Positions 31,307-47,070 of a stretch of DNA of 64,000 nt are shown piece after piece. Within the stretch, counting starts at the first letter, position 1. Every line of letters starts with the position of its first letter. This DNA is from Eledone cirrhosa (Eukaryota): NCBI GenBank assembly GCA_964016885.1, contig OZ024745.1:65720001-65784000 (forward strand), in the 5' to 3' direction. The notes beneath the pieces are model-generated. The model saw nothing but the letters and a program-made list of their open reading frames with translations, was not told the DNA's origin and did no database searches. The position numbers and the translations under genes were made by a program.

Positions 31307-31452
31307 TATATATATATATAAATGAAAGGTATAGAAAGTATTGTAGCAAGAAGTCAACAGTATTCCATAATATATAATATATCAAATAATTATGGTTTTA
31401 TAAATATAGTTTCCATTTATTAATATATTGTATATATGTATATATATGTATG

Positions 31453-31556
<104 letters not shown>

Positions 31557-31557
31557 G

Positions 31558-31614
<57 letters not shown>

Positions 31615-31658
31615 TACAATATATTAATAAATGGAAACTATATTTATAAAACCATAAT

Positions 31659-31724
31659 TATTTTATAATATATATTTCAAGGGCGACCAAGGTAAATTAT
31701 GGTGCGCTTTCATCAGATAAAATA
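31659..31724 (-). ncRNA. Type I minimal hammerhead ribozyme
   Basis: rc: tattttat CTGATGA aagcgcacc ataatttacctt ggtcgccctt GAAA tatata TT ataaaata (8-bp stem I). Confidence 0.8.
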
Positions 31725-31882
31725 CAGATTTGTTTTATAAATAAATATTGACATACCCGGAAAAAAGACAACCTCAACGGTTGAAATTCGCCGGATAGTC
31801 TCCACTAATTTGTTGAGTGCTTTATATCAGTTATAAAAATGTTTAAGCTTGTTGAATCCCAACAATTTAAATATAACTTCTG

Positions 31883-32021
<139 letters not shown>

Positions 32022-32566
32022 CAGCATTCTACTCAAAATGTGTACATATGGTTGTGGGGACACCCTGTATGTATATAATTCTGTGTGTAATTGTCTGTTT
32101 ACTTCTGTACATGAAGCGCCTTTGTCAGTTTGACTAAAATGATTTTGTTATTCCTTCTTAAATTATTTGTTTATGTGTCCTATATCTTGGTAAATTCTCA
32201 AAAACAACTTCCATTTTGAAATTATCAATCCAGACATCTGATATCAATAAGTCAATGGAAACTATTGAAAAGCCAGAAATAAATAAAAAACAAATTGAAG
32301 ACACACGATAGATTTAATTAATTACTCTTTTAGAGTAAGCTAGCTGAAAATTGGTCGATTGATATCTTACATTTGTTCAACAACATTATTGTTGGTAACA
32401 TATTTTGCAGCATTTATTCTAAAAAGTAAACATCGGAATCAAAATAAAGCGAACCATATTTCATTAAAGGGGGTGAAAAGTATCTAGCATATATACATGG
32501 ATATGTTTATATTTGTTTATTGCGAATATGATTATGATTATTAGAACATGTAGGTGACTGGCATCA

Positions 32567-32655
32567 CCAGTCTGAAGAGCGGGTTGGTAACGGAGTCGGA
32601 TCTATAAATTATTTGTGTGACCCTGAGCAAATCGTTTGCGAGACGCGCGTAACGG
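32567..32655 (+). ncRNA. Degenerate hammerhead ribozyme (GAGA for GAAA), long stem II
   Basis: ccagt CTGAAGA gcggg...tttgc GAGA cgcgcg TA acgg ... aataaa. Confidence 0.55.
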
Positions 32656-33640
32656 GTTGATACGGAATAAAAATCTAAATACATGTAAACGAACTTCATC
32701 GTTCTTATATATATATAAAGTTTCAAATTATCTAAGGGCTGTGAAATTTGAAATTTGAAAATATGAGAATCCAGAACACAGAGAATATCAGAAATAACTG
32801 TCGATTGTTTTAAATAATAGCTGCGAGAATCTGGAAAAAAATCAACTTTAATTGTCGTAAAAAGTGGATAGTGTCAAGTATTGAAAATTGAATAACGTGC
32901 GAGTGTTTTCCATTTATGCGATGAAGACAACTGGCATATTTTAGGATGCTATAGTAAATAGCTTGGGACCAGAAATTTGTCCATGATCTTAATAGCACAA
33001 ATCAACAGATATACCCAACTGTCATTTTCTATCAATGTCGCTTTTCCTGCAAGATTCAAATGTCTCGTGTTATTCTGTCTAATTTACCATCTGATTATCT
33101 ATATACTACATTATATGTATGACGACTCATCAACCTATCCTTTATTTTAAAAATAATTTACTGAGTATACTCAGGCACAATGACGTATATAACCCCACTA
33201 ACACGAACATGCAAAAACGCATATGTGAGTTCGGTAGCCTACTATAAAATGCAGATTCTCTCACATAGCTGATAAAATAAATAATTATGTTATAAACCAA
33301 ATTGACGATTTTATGTTGAAAATAAACAAGAAAATGAAATAATAAAATGAAAATAAAAAGGGAAAGAAAATAAACATTTACTCTACTCCAAACTATTTCC
33401 CTGAAATTTCTGATTTCTAATAATACATGAGTTTATTAGTATAATCATGTCTACGTTGGTGTTTTTTATGTCTCAGTTAAAAGTTTGCAAATTTTAGTTC
33501 CAACCTATCAGAGTTTCTGAAAGTGATTAATCAGTAGTGTCATTTGCATCAATCAGTATTCGGTTTTCTTAATATAATATATATTCTTGTACATCTACCA
33601 AACATCTACCAAAGCCGATATCCAAAACATCAAAACATGG

Positions 33641-33862
33641 TGTCATTGAAAGGAACCATGTCCATGTCGACCAATTGAAAACTTCCTAAATAAAGAAGAA
33701 ATCTACAAGGCAACGCTATTGTAAGAGAGGAAAACCAATAAACTTTACATTGGAGCAGCCCAGAGAATGTTCAAGGCCAAATGTACAACACATTTGAACT
33801 CTATTTGTAACAGTGTTAGAAGGAACACAATGTCTTTATCACGTAATGTTGGAACATAGTGG
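33641..33862 (+). pseudogene. Decayed PLE GIY-YIG endonuclease (same type as 60813)
   Basis: CH*KEPCPCRPIENFLNKEEIYKATLL*ERKTNKLYIGAAQRMFKAKCTTHLNS...SLSRNVG aligns by eye with CSCRKPDECPLQGKCNTKSVVYEAKI...YVGMTQDRFKTRFYSHVAS...ALASKVW. Confidence 0.6.
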
Positions 33863-34557
33863 ATAAAACCGGAAAACTTATACATCAATTCCTATACATA
33901 TGGTTTTGGCATGAACACCCTATGCACCAGCGCATTGCAGAACAATCACCATATTTACAAAATAAACATGCTTATCAAACAAAACCGGTGCCACATGTTT
34001 GATATCCTATAACACATTAACAAAGGAAATAGTAGTGGATATATAACAGTAACATTAAATACAAAATACCAGCTAAGCAAGCCCATGAAATACACTAACA
34101 CAATAGACACAAAAGAGGCACTATTATCCCAAACTCCTAGTGTGTATATCAAAGCATTCATTACACATCACTACAGCTGAAATGTCTTGCACATACGCAG
34201 TTACATAGATAAACACTGGCGTACTAATTTGCAAATTATTAGCACTCATATTAGTAGTTAATTAATTATATATAGCTGAAAGCATGAGCACCTGCATCTA
34301 TGATGATATGTATAAAAATAAATACAACTCGAAGTCATGTGAAACTTAACGGCTAACTCAAACTATGTTTTAAATATTAATCTACTTGCAATACACATAT
34401 GTACACACGAAAGTGAACATATACACACCACAATACGTTCATAAATATATAGGCACAGAAAAATTACTTTAAGGGCCGATGCGCGATTATGCATATTCAT
34501 GAGCTTTTGCCAGTTGGTGCGCTTGCGGGAAAATGCGAATGCATCTATCTATCTATT

Positions 34558-35012
<455 letters not shown>

Positions 35013-35046
35013 ATATATATATATATATATAAATATATATATATAT

Positions 35047-36480
35047 AAAATACGTAGTTAAGAAAGCCACAACAATGCAGAGGGGAATCTCGAGGTAGGA
35101 AGTGAATGATAGATAGGAGAAACAGGTGAAAGTGAAAATTGAGAGAGACAAAGATGAAAACAAAACAAAGGTAGAAGGGTTACCGTAGTGGAGATTTAAT
35201 CCCAATATTTCGGGCTCACGCCCATTAACGGGGGAAAAGTTCCAAAAGGGGGGGAACAGGCCAATCGGAGAAAGTTGTGATGTCGTTAAGACGAGTCAGA
35301 TGGGACGTGTTCCCTCAGCAACTGCCCGATACGGGGGGCAGATTGCCTACGCACCTATGTCGTATATAAGATTCAATGCGATAAATGTAACAAGTTTTAC
35401 ATAGGTAGCACCATCCGACCCCTACATGTTCGTATCAAGAAACATATCAACACCAACGCATCTTCCTTCCGTAAACACATCCTTAAATGCGGAAACCCAC
35501 AGGTTAGACCCTTGGTCACAGTCCTAGCGACTGAACGCAGCATCGGATCCTTAAGGATAAAGGAAGCACTTGTTATTAAGAACCTCAGACCCCCACTTAA
35601 CAACCGGGCTGAGAGAAATGAGCTGACATGGCTAACTTAACCATAGTGACCATTCACAGCCTACGGCCTGCTATCTTCACACACACGCACGTATATGCAT
35701 ACCCATACGCATACACACACACATCTATATTTATACACGCACACATGTTTTTACAACCTACCACCTTTCACACCCTTTGATTTCCAGCTTCTACAGCCCA
35801 CTATCTTTCACACACACACGCACTCACACATATACACACACAGTTACACACACATGTTTACCCATACGCTTACACACACACATCTATATTTATACACGCA
35901 CACATGTTTTACAACCTACCACCTTTCACACCCTTTGATTTCCAGCTTCTACAGCCCACTATCTTTCACACACACACACACACTCACACATATACACACT
36001 TACACTTATACACACACAGTTACACACACATATATATTTACACACACATATTTTACGGCTTTCACACGCTAGCGCACCCTCTTGATTTAACCCATTTGGT
36101 CAGTAGCTTTTGCCACAGCCTATCACGCGCACGCGCATTCTTTCCCTCGTTTAAATTTTAAATAATTTTCTCCCCATAACGGCATTCCTGTCTTAACGAC
36201 ATCACAACTTTCTCCGCTTGGCCTGTTCCCCCCCCCCTTTTGGAACTTTTCCCCCGTTGATGGGCGTGAGCCCGAAATATTGGGATTAAATCTCCACTAC
36301 GGTAACCCTTCTACCTTTGTTTTGTTTTCATCTTTGTCTCTCTCAATTTTCACTTTCACCTGTTTCTCCTATCTATCATTCACTTCCTACCTCGAGATTC
36401 CCCTCTGCATTGTTGTGGCTTTCTTAACTACGTATTTTACACATTTCACAATGCTTCAAGCAAACTTTAACACCCTCTTA
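35047..36480 (+). mobile_element. 5'-truncated PLE with inverted pLTR arms
   Basis: Arms 35047-35292 and 36190-36438 are near-identical inverted repeats. The right arm has a ~42-nt extra tail. Flanked by (TA)n. Degenerate HHR at ~36250-36286 (tccc ccgttga t gggc gtga gccc GAAA ta TT ggga). Confidence 0.85.
35293..35640 (+). pseudogene. PLE GIY-YIG endonuclease domain (5'-truncated, uninterrupted frame; absent from the ORF track)
   Basis: TCSLSNCPIRGADCLRTYVVYKIQCDKCNKFYIGSTIRPLHVRIKKHINTNASSFRKHILKC...LRIKEALVIKNLRPPLNNRAERNELTWLT*: VVY..YIG, R, CCHH, E and N motifs. Confidence 0.88.
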
Positions 36481-36990
36481 TACATATATATATATATCTA
36501 TATATATATATATTGGTAAACGGAATAGAAAATGCTGACAAATTGTTCACAGTTGAAAAATGGTTTAATTAGGAATAAAAGAGTATTAGTGATTGTATGG
36601 GTCAGTATTCAGTTGTGGTTTTAAGTTTTTAAGTTTTTACCGGTTGCGCATTTCTAAATGCTTTTCAAAAATAATTTTGAGATAGAGTGTCCGTGCTGTT
36701 TGCTCTGATCTGATTAGTTTTGGGAATTCTACCTGTTTTTATGTTAAAAAAGTGGCTCCAGCGTTACTTTGGTGTTGCAAAAATTCTTGTGGTCAAAACA
36801 ATTTTGATTGGTCGGTAGAGGTCATCTGAATGTAAAAAATTGATTTTGCGCCAAGACTGTTTTTATGTTAAAAAAGTGGCCCCAGCAAAAATTCTTGTGG
36901 TCAAAACAATTTTGATTGGTCGGTAGATGTCATGTGAATAAAATATTGGTTTTGCGCCAAGATTGAGAAATGACTCTTTCACAACAAATA

Positions 36991-37039
<49 letters not shown>

Positions 37040-37111
37040 TAGTAGTAGTAGTAAGGTGTTCGATGTTGTGATAATGGTTAGCAGCGATGTGTGTCAAATG
37101 GCTATTAAGAT

Positions 37112-37172
<61 letters not shown>

Positions 37173-37445
37173 GCAGAGTAATTGGTGGTGGCAGGGATGG
37201 TCAGTAAGAATGTGTCTGAAAGCAATGGGGGGGTATTTTAGCATGTCAAAAGATATTTTTCAGCTTTTGTCTTATACGGAGAAGTGCGTGTGTGTGTATA
37301 TATAAGTCTCTTTGTATGTTGATGTACGCGTGTGTATGTGTGTGTGTATATATATGTGTGTGTGTGTGTGGGTGGACCAGTATTTTTTTCCTCCTGGTAA
37401 AATGGTGTACATTATTCGATTTTTTCAGTAAAATCGGTTCTCTTA

Positions 37446-37479
<34 letters not shown>

Positions 37480-37512
37480 ATTAATAAAAGATCGGAGGCC
37501 ATATTCAGTTGA

Positions 37513-37584
37513 TTCAGGTTTATACATATTTCACTCAGGATTATCAATTATGATAGCTTGAGTTCTTCAGACGCTAAAACCTAA
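37513..37584 (-). ncRNA. Hammerhead-like motif with disrupted stem I
   Basis: rc: ttaggtt ttagcgt CTGAAGA actca...tgagt GAAA tatgta TA aacctga. Confidence 0.5.
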
Positions 37585-40500
37585 AATAAACATAGAAAGT
37601 TCCTAAGAAACCATTAAATTTAGAAAATTCTAATAATTTCCAAAAGATTTTCTTTTCATGATACAGGATATAGATTCAGAAAATACAAATACAAGATACC
37701 TAGACAGAATATATCACAACTGACCTGGTGTAAAATAAAAACAATATCAAAACCATTGTATCATGCAACCAATGAACCATACCAAGAAACAAAGAAACAC
37801 AACGGAACAAAAGAAAATCGGATTCATATACCATATCTGAATTTGTAGCGGCAATAAAATCAAACCAATAGGATATAGGATATAAATCAAAGCAGGATAA
37901 TTCAGGATAAAGTATTATATATCTATTACGCTGGCCACTTTTGTCCGCCTATAAAGGTTCTTTGATCGATTTTCGAAGCTATTTATATCAACCAACTCAA
38001 CAATTATTATTATTTTCCTGCGTCTGTGTTTCCATGTAAATATATGGAATAAACAATATTTGATGTAACACAACTCATCCTTAGGATTGTATGTTCTACC
38101 GACTTTGAATATTTATTACAAAATTAAACATATCTAATATATTTAAAACGAAACCCAGTGTATCTTAATTATCAAAATTGCGATGCTATAGATATGTTTA
38201 TTTAGAAACCTATCAACTAATATGGGAAATATGTTAAAGACGGATGGATACCGTGGTTGAGTGTACTAAGGTTTCTATACTAATTTGTACAGTACGGTAA
38301 TGATTCCAAACATTGTTTTTATTATACATTTTATGGTATAAATTCGCGTTAGTGTGAGGATTAATTTCGATTAAATAGACATTTTCTTCTGGTGCTACAA
38401 CGTCAAATATTCTAAGTTTGTAAAACAAAAATCAACATAGATGCATTTCAAATCTGAATGCCAGTTACCCTTCAGATTTCATTCTTCAGGCAGTTTCCAA
38501 TTATTAGCTACGGTCTTGGTTCATTTCAATGACACCAGGCTTTGGCTGGCGGCTCTGAACAGATGCATATTTAAGTAACTATTTTGAAATACAGCCGGAG
38601 TAAAATCCTGTTTATGAATTCCTTCAGCTATTATAATGTTTAGGTATGGCGGACAAAGTAAGATTGCAGTCTTATCAAAACATGTCCAGCTTCTACAGGG
38701 ATATTTTAAAATTTATCCGAAGAAATCTCTCTTGACAGACTGGTATGAAGTCATTGCTCAGCAGACTCCAACCGGTATGGGTTCAGCTACACCTCCGAGA
38801 CCAAACGAATAACATAAATAAAATGTTCCTTTCTATAAAATGTTTTCTTTATATAGCTTCAAGTGAATTATATCGCATAGTTTGAAACTAGAATAGTTAT
38901 GTATGTCTTAGTTGGCAAATAGCCTTATATCAATGAGCTACTGTCTTTGTTTAAGAGCTTCACTAATTTCAATTTAGCAGTTCATATCAAGGAAACAATA
39001 TTTCACCAGCGTTCGTTCCATCAAACTAAATGGATGGCTGGATGTTCGTTCTAAATATTTGAAAATATGTCAAAAATCTATCAATATTTCAGAAAACGAT
39101 ATCTCAAAGAAATAATTCCTTTTACAGCTAGACCAGTCAGACAGAGAAATAGGTTTAATCAATAATCGCTTATTGCTATTTCAGTTATCATCTATCTATC
39201 GCTTTAGAAAAATCCATCACTGTCTTAGTATCTGTTTAAGCACTCAATACGCAACATTATACCGAATTTCAGTTGGAAAAAGGTTTGAAAGATAAAGTAA
39301 TTAAAAAAAGCAAATCATGATAAGGAATATTAATACTGAAATGAAATAAGGAAGGACGTATCTTAAAACCGAAGAGGGAAACAATATTATCAACACAATG
39401 AGATTGGTATGAATATCATATACAGGCTACTAACATGTTTCCTAATTACCATTTGATGTTGCCTTCGAAAATAATATATAATAATTTTATTGCTTATTTC
39501 AAGATTCACTTCTTTTAAACGTTTAAAATTTCAACACTTCCGGTATATCACCACCACCACCAGCACCACTTCAACTATCATACGTATAGACAGAACGAGA
39601 AAGAAAGAGAGAATGTGTGAAGAGAGAGATATAAATAGATAGAGTGACTATGTGACAGAGAGAGAGAGAGAAGGAGAGGGGGGGGGGGTATACCCTGAGC
39701 AAGATAGTTGGATAACATCCACGAGCTTAGCTGATCACGCTTTGGGATCCAGCTGGATCAGTTAGAGATGTTTGCTTCTGTGAGGCTCGCTGGAAGGCAT
39801 GTTTGAGGAGGACTCTGCCTCCACGACCTTCTCAGAAATAAGTGGGTGAAGAAGATATTGTCAATTTACATTTCAATTTACATATCATATCTATATGCAT
39901 ATATATTTGCGTATAAAACCAATACGTACACTACATATTCTAGCAGAACACCGCCCGCTGGCGGGTCTTCTGCTAGTATCTGTAAATATCCATCATCAGA
40001 AATATTGGTAGAAACTTAATTGAAACTGAACCATAGAATATGAAGCATATAAACATACAGGAACGTCAGACTTATATATGTATAATTATGTATATCACGC
40101 TGTGATATAAAACTAACCTAATATGAAATAATATTACAATGAATTCTATGCCACGTATTCGTTACTATCATATTATTTGTGTACTAACCGCATCATTTTT
40201 ATATGAATCGTATGTATGTATGTATGTATGTATTTATGTATGCATGTATGTATGTATGTATGTATGTATGTATGTATGTATGTATGTATGTATGTATGTA
40301 CGTATGTATGCATGCATTATGTATGTATTTATGTATATATGTCTGCAAGTATGTCTGCAAGTATGTCTGCATTTATGTAGGCTTGTATGTATGTAAGCGT
40401 GTATGTATGCAGGCTTGTATGTATGTAAACATGTATGTATGTATGCATTTATATATGCAAGTATTACGTATGTAATACAGAAACACTGGGTGAGTGGGGG

Positions 40501-41599
40501 TTTACAATAAAATCGAGTAAAAGCAAATTACAAAATCAATTTTCAATGAGATATAACAATACTAAATCCCCCAATATAATGGAGAGCTACCAGGGGCGAC
40601 TCAGGTACACCAACAATCCTGACCCACCCGACGCTTCGAGGGCACCCCTCTCTCTCTCAAATTAACTAGCTTACGGACGCATGCTCAGAGTAGGCCCATT
40701 CATACGGGCCATTCTCGCCATATTCACCCACCGTTTTATCAAAATAATCATTTTGATGAAAAGCCTTTCTCTGTGGCTCCAGGAGTTTATGTACACGGTG
40801 TAGAAAATACTTTATAAGATGTTGCAATTGTTGTAACTAAACAAAACGTTTATTTAGCCTGAGGGAAAACCATGAAGAAAAGAAGAGTGGATGAGGAAAA
40901 AGTGACACAACATTAAATACTAATAGGAAATTGTAGTTGATTTGGATGAGATTATCTCTCTATAATGAAAAATTAATTCGCTTAAATCTAACGAAATATT
41001 TCTAAAGAAAACCTGTTTAGGTAGTTTTATGCCCACGAATGTTAGCCGAGTGAAAAGGATTATTCCGATGATTATCTGAAGTTCAGTAAATTAACGATGA
41101 TACGTGCATAGATTTTAATCTGAATTATTAAATATAGAGAAAAACTATAATAGAATGTGAGTGATATTTGTTTATACAAATTGTATTTGTGGGGATTTAT
41201 TAATTCATTTAGTTGGTAAAGAAAATGATCACGTATGAATAGAACACTTTAGAAGCCAAGCAGTATGCTACAGTAGAGAATATGGTGACAAGTGATCTGG
41301 TTTGAGTACACCCAAAGAATGGAGGAAACTTGTTAGGAAGAATATTCTATTCCTACTAGTTTGGTCTTAAGAGAAATCAGAGTGGACTTCGTCAGAAATG
41401 CAAACATGTAACTGGTCGTAACAAGAGGAGAGGAGTAATGGCAAATGAAATTAACAGATATCGTCGGTTATTGATACATATACATACATACATATATATA
41501 TATAGGGGGCGGTGAAATGTACACAGGAATAACAAAACAAATGACACAGTACAAGGAATAAATATATTAGTTTAACGCTTGAATTAGCCGGAAAAAAGA

Positions 41600-41633
41600 C
41601 TTAACGTTTCGGGCACTAGTCCTTGATCAGAAG
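41600..41633 (-). ncRNA. Minimal Penelope-type hammerhead (G8C) in a pLTR fragment
   Basis: rc: ctt CTGATCA aggactagtgccc GAAA cg TT aag. A homologous fragment lies at ~45070-45184 (rc TGATGA aggactagcgtcg GAAA cc TT aag). Confidence 0.6.
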
Positions 41634-41907
41634 ATAAAGTTCGAAATAGAAAATAAATAGAAAGTAGTGAGTGATAAAATGAAGGAACGAGGGAAATGAG
41701 GAAAAAGCGGAGAACATAACACACGTGCATATTCAGTCGACCATCTTAGAGTATATATTTGAAATCTAGAAGACAAAAACACGTAGACAGATATATTACA
41801 TGGATTCGAAATCCGCATCTCTTAGACACCGGGCGATTACGTTAACCACAACGCTAAAGAGTAGCCTCTTAGAAGAGTTTATACCTGCATTATATTTTGT
41901 ATATAAA

Positions 41908-42012
41908 TCCCGTCGAGGTTAACTTTGCCTTTCATCCTTCTGGGGTCGATAAAATAAAGTACCAGTAATGTACTTTGTAATTGCTGGCCTTGTGCCAAAA
42001 GTAGAAAACAAT
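41908..42012 (+). mobile_element. SINE 3' half (major family)
   Basis: Core gcctttcatccttctggggtcgataaaataaagtaccagt. Confidence 0.8.
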
Positions 42013-43192
42013 TATATTTTGTATATAAATAAGTGTGTTTTCCTGCGTGCGCGCGTGTGTGTGTGTGTCTACGTTTAATGTATTATAATGTAATATAGCA
42101 AAACACATGGTTTGTCAGTATATATTTCCATCATAGTTCGAAGCCAAATTTCTAATGCAGAACACAGTATCATGACGTCAAGAAGTCTAAAGACTGCAGG
42201 GATATTTTACTGTCCAACAAAATAAAATATAATAGACAAAATGTTTATGAAGTTTCCCTTGGGAAAATCAGAAGGAAAAAAATCGACATTTGTATAGCCG
42301 TAAATATCCCCCATCATATTCAATATGAATACAGAAATTGAATATATAACTAACTACATAACAATAGTAATACATAGTAATTTTCAATGACATTCACAAA
42401 CAGAATTGATGTGAAAATAACGGGATATGTCTACGTGACCGCCTGAATTTCAAGTGATAACTTCCAAATAAATATCCGACATGTTACATATCATTAAAAA
42501 AAAGGAAAATAACTACTGTAGTCCCAGATAAACAATGCCTTACTAAAAGCTCAAGATAACTGACAACAGCTGGAATACTTTTGATTATCATCTCGCTCCT
42601 AATTGAATGTAGTTAGGCCTAGGGATAAACAAAATCTACATCAATAACAAAAATATACTCACGTTTTAAATTTCAATATTAAATATCTTAAGTAACATTG
42701 GAATTACTTTATACCGTGAGGAAGAGAAGAACGAGAGATGTGCTGTTTACAAATGGTGATGCATAGATTGGAAGTAGTGACAGTGGGAAGATTTATATCA
42801 GCGAAGAATAATGCAGGAGAAAAAGGAGAAAAGTGTTAATAGGAGGGCAAAAATAAAACAAAAAAAAAGTTGGTGAGGAATAGGGAAGAGCAAAACGATG
42901 GACACACATACATTCATATTTGCATCTCACTATCACCCACAGTGGATTGTCTCTCTGTTGCCCATCGCACTCTCTGACAGTATTGTTATACATATATATA
43001 TATTTATAGTATTAAGGATACTATTTATGGTTATGTATATACTAAAACGTTTTATAGTTATATATATTTTAAACCCTAAACAGTGAAATACAGTAATTTA
43101 TTACTACCTTATTACATCGATATATACATATGTTTCTGGATGTCTCTTGTGTTGGAAAGGAGGTCATGTATGTAAACAATCATTGAAAAATT

Positions 43193-43237
43193 GCTCCGAA
43201 GACACCAAACCTCGGTTTGGACGAAACAATTGTAAGC
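43193..43237 (+). ncRNA. Type I minimal hammerhead, U4C variant
   Basis: gct CCGAAGA caccaaacc tc ggtttggac GAAA caattg TA agc t aataaa. Confidence 0.65.
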
Positions 43238-43270
43238 TAATAAATGGTTTGAACAGAACTTTGATTCATG

Positions 43271-43354
<84 letters not shown>

Positions 43355-44147
43355 GGTTTACATATACATAAAGTCATAGATATATATGTTGCAACCGGTC
43401 ACGTTGTGGCTCTATGAAGTATTAATAGAATAAATAATCAGAGCAATATATAAAAAATCATGTCCTTAGAATTATTAGATAAAATATATACCATTTCCTC
43501 TCCCAATTAGCAAAATTAAGCATATAAAAATCAATTATACCAAGCTATAAGAATAAAGGCTCCTATGAAGAAATTTCCGACAAATGACCGAAAGCGGCCT
43601 CTTCACGGTGGCCCCAATATATATATTTATATATATAATGAGAGTTTAGCTTCGAACATAGATGTATACATATCGTATTTCTTTAGAAATACGAAATTCA
43701 ATATACATATTTGTATGGAGTAGAGTGTTTACCGAAATGTGATCGTTTAATTTCTATAGGTCACCTTTTTTCGACAATATTCAGAATGTTGACGTGTGAT
43801 GTCCATGGGCGTAATTACATTTTAAACCCTCGATTGCTATACAGAATATCTGTTCATATATACATCCACGATTTATTTAGGATAGTGTTTGGAGAGTGTT
43901 AGATGAGAAGTGATAACTATCTCATAAATCAACGAACTTTCTAGAGAGTAGAATAGACTTTTCTGGATAATAAAACACAAGTAATCTACTGACCCCGACA
44001 CTTAATGGGCTCCTTTATTTATCGATTTCTGAAGGATAAATGAAAAAGGCAGCCATGGAGAGATTTGAACTCAGAATGCATTAAACCGGAAAAAATACAG
44101 CTTGTTATTTGTCAGAAATACATATTATTTCTAGGTCGAAGTAATAA

Positions 44148-44848
44148 TCTATATATCTAAAACAGAGAATGTCTGTCTGACTCCCTCAAACTCAAGAACC
44201 ATCCAACCGATTGTTTTCAAACTTTACACATGTAATACTGATGGTCCTTTGAGTGTTTTGAGCAAAGAATATTTCAAATTTTCAATTCTCTAGGGACGAC
44301 ATTAGGTGATTTAGCGATCTCTCTCTATAATTCTTAGTCTTTCTTTATAGATAGATGCATAGATATAATGTTGCGCCCTTATAATATCTGTCTGTATGTA
44401 TGGCTGTCTGTATTACGACATTATGACGTCGCTATATGTGTATGTGTATATATATATATAGTGTATAACGTTTTTCGAAATATTTACTTCTGCGATTGAT
44501 TTTATTTATTTCAGAAGATCCCGTTAAGGGTGAAAGCAGCGATGCTTTGCTTAAACTTCAATCTGTTATTTTAATATATATATATAATGATATATTCGTG
44601 TACAGATATTTTTGCATACACAATAACAAAATATAAACAAAAGTATTTATTTCGCGATTAAGTATTGATTTTCTTCGCACGGAAAAAACCCATGGGTATC
44701 TGTGACGAATTTTTTTTTTATAAGCACAAAATGTAGACACCATCCCGAAGCCGAGGTATTCCGTACTTGTCTATACTGTTTCAGAAAGGCGGAATAAACA
44801 TGCCAATCTATGTTTAGAATCCCGAGCAACGCCGGGCCATTCTGCTAG
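44148..44848 (+). mobile_element. Non-autonomous Helitron
   Basis: Starts a|TCtatatatctaaaa..gtctgtctg. Ends with the hairpin cccgagcaacgccggg and CTAG|t, i.e. an A/T insertion site. Confidence 0.65.
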
Positions 44849-45209
44849 TATAGATCTATTTGTGTGGACGCCAAGACAGTTATCACGTATATTGTCTTTC
44901 TTGGGTGAATTACTCACTTGCTATATCTGGAAAATTCGGACACATATATATATGTATATGCGCCTGTATGTGTGTGCACATAAGATTCATACATACACAA
45001 TATACACAGATATATACATCAATATGAATGTACACAACGCACACACACGCACATATGTATATGTATGTAAACGGTAAACAGAAATAACAACACAATCGGT
45101 ACAGTATATGGAAAGGATATATTAGGTTAACGCTTGATATAGCAGGAAGAGGGTCTTAAGGTTTCCGACGCTAGTCCTTCATCACACACACACACACACA
45201 CACGCACAC

Positions 45210-45302
<93 letters not shown>

Positions 45303-45306
45303 CACA

Positions 45307-46867
<1,561 letters not shown>

Positions 46868-46868
46868 G

Positions 46869-47070
46869 TCAGATAGGGTGTGGTAAAAAAAAAACAGGTG
46901 GACAATAACCCACCAGAGTACTCAATACTTGGGGTAGTAGAGTGGGTAATATGAAAAAATTCAGGAACCCGACGGCTGAGCTCCGGCCGTTTCAACAGCT
47001 AGATCCGTCCGGATATAGCTGCCGAAATAATGGCTGGAGCTCAACCGACGGGGTCCTGAATCTTTTCATA
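46869..47070 (-). mobile_element. Fold-back terminus with half hammerhead (34596 family, diverged)
   Basis: Palindrome at ~46950-47070; rc GAAA cggc cggagctca gccg TC gggttcc; shares attacccactctactaccccaagtattgagtac. Confidence 0.65.

Noticed and set aside
38436-38496. Minus-strand CTGAAGA...9-bp hairpin...GAAA tgca TC hammerhead-like motif
   Set aside because: No stem I pairing and a 3-nt offset before stem II.
39940-39977. Short ctagcagaa...ttctgctag hairpin
   Set aside because: Resembles a Helitron 3' end or a collapsed element, but no matching 5' end was found.
41349-41399. Minus-strand CTGACGA agtc...gacc AAA ctag TA
   Set aside because: G12 is missing and stem I is poor. Possibly a very old HHR, but not supportable.
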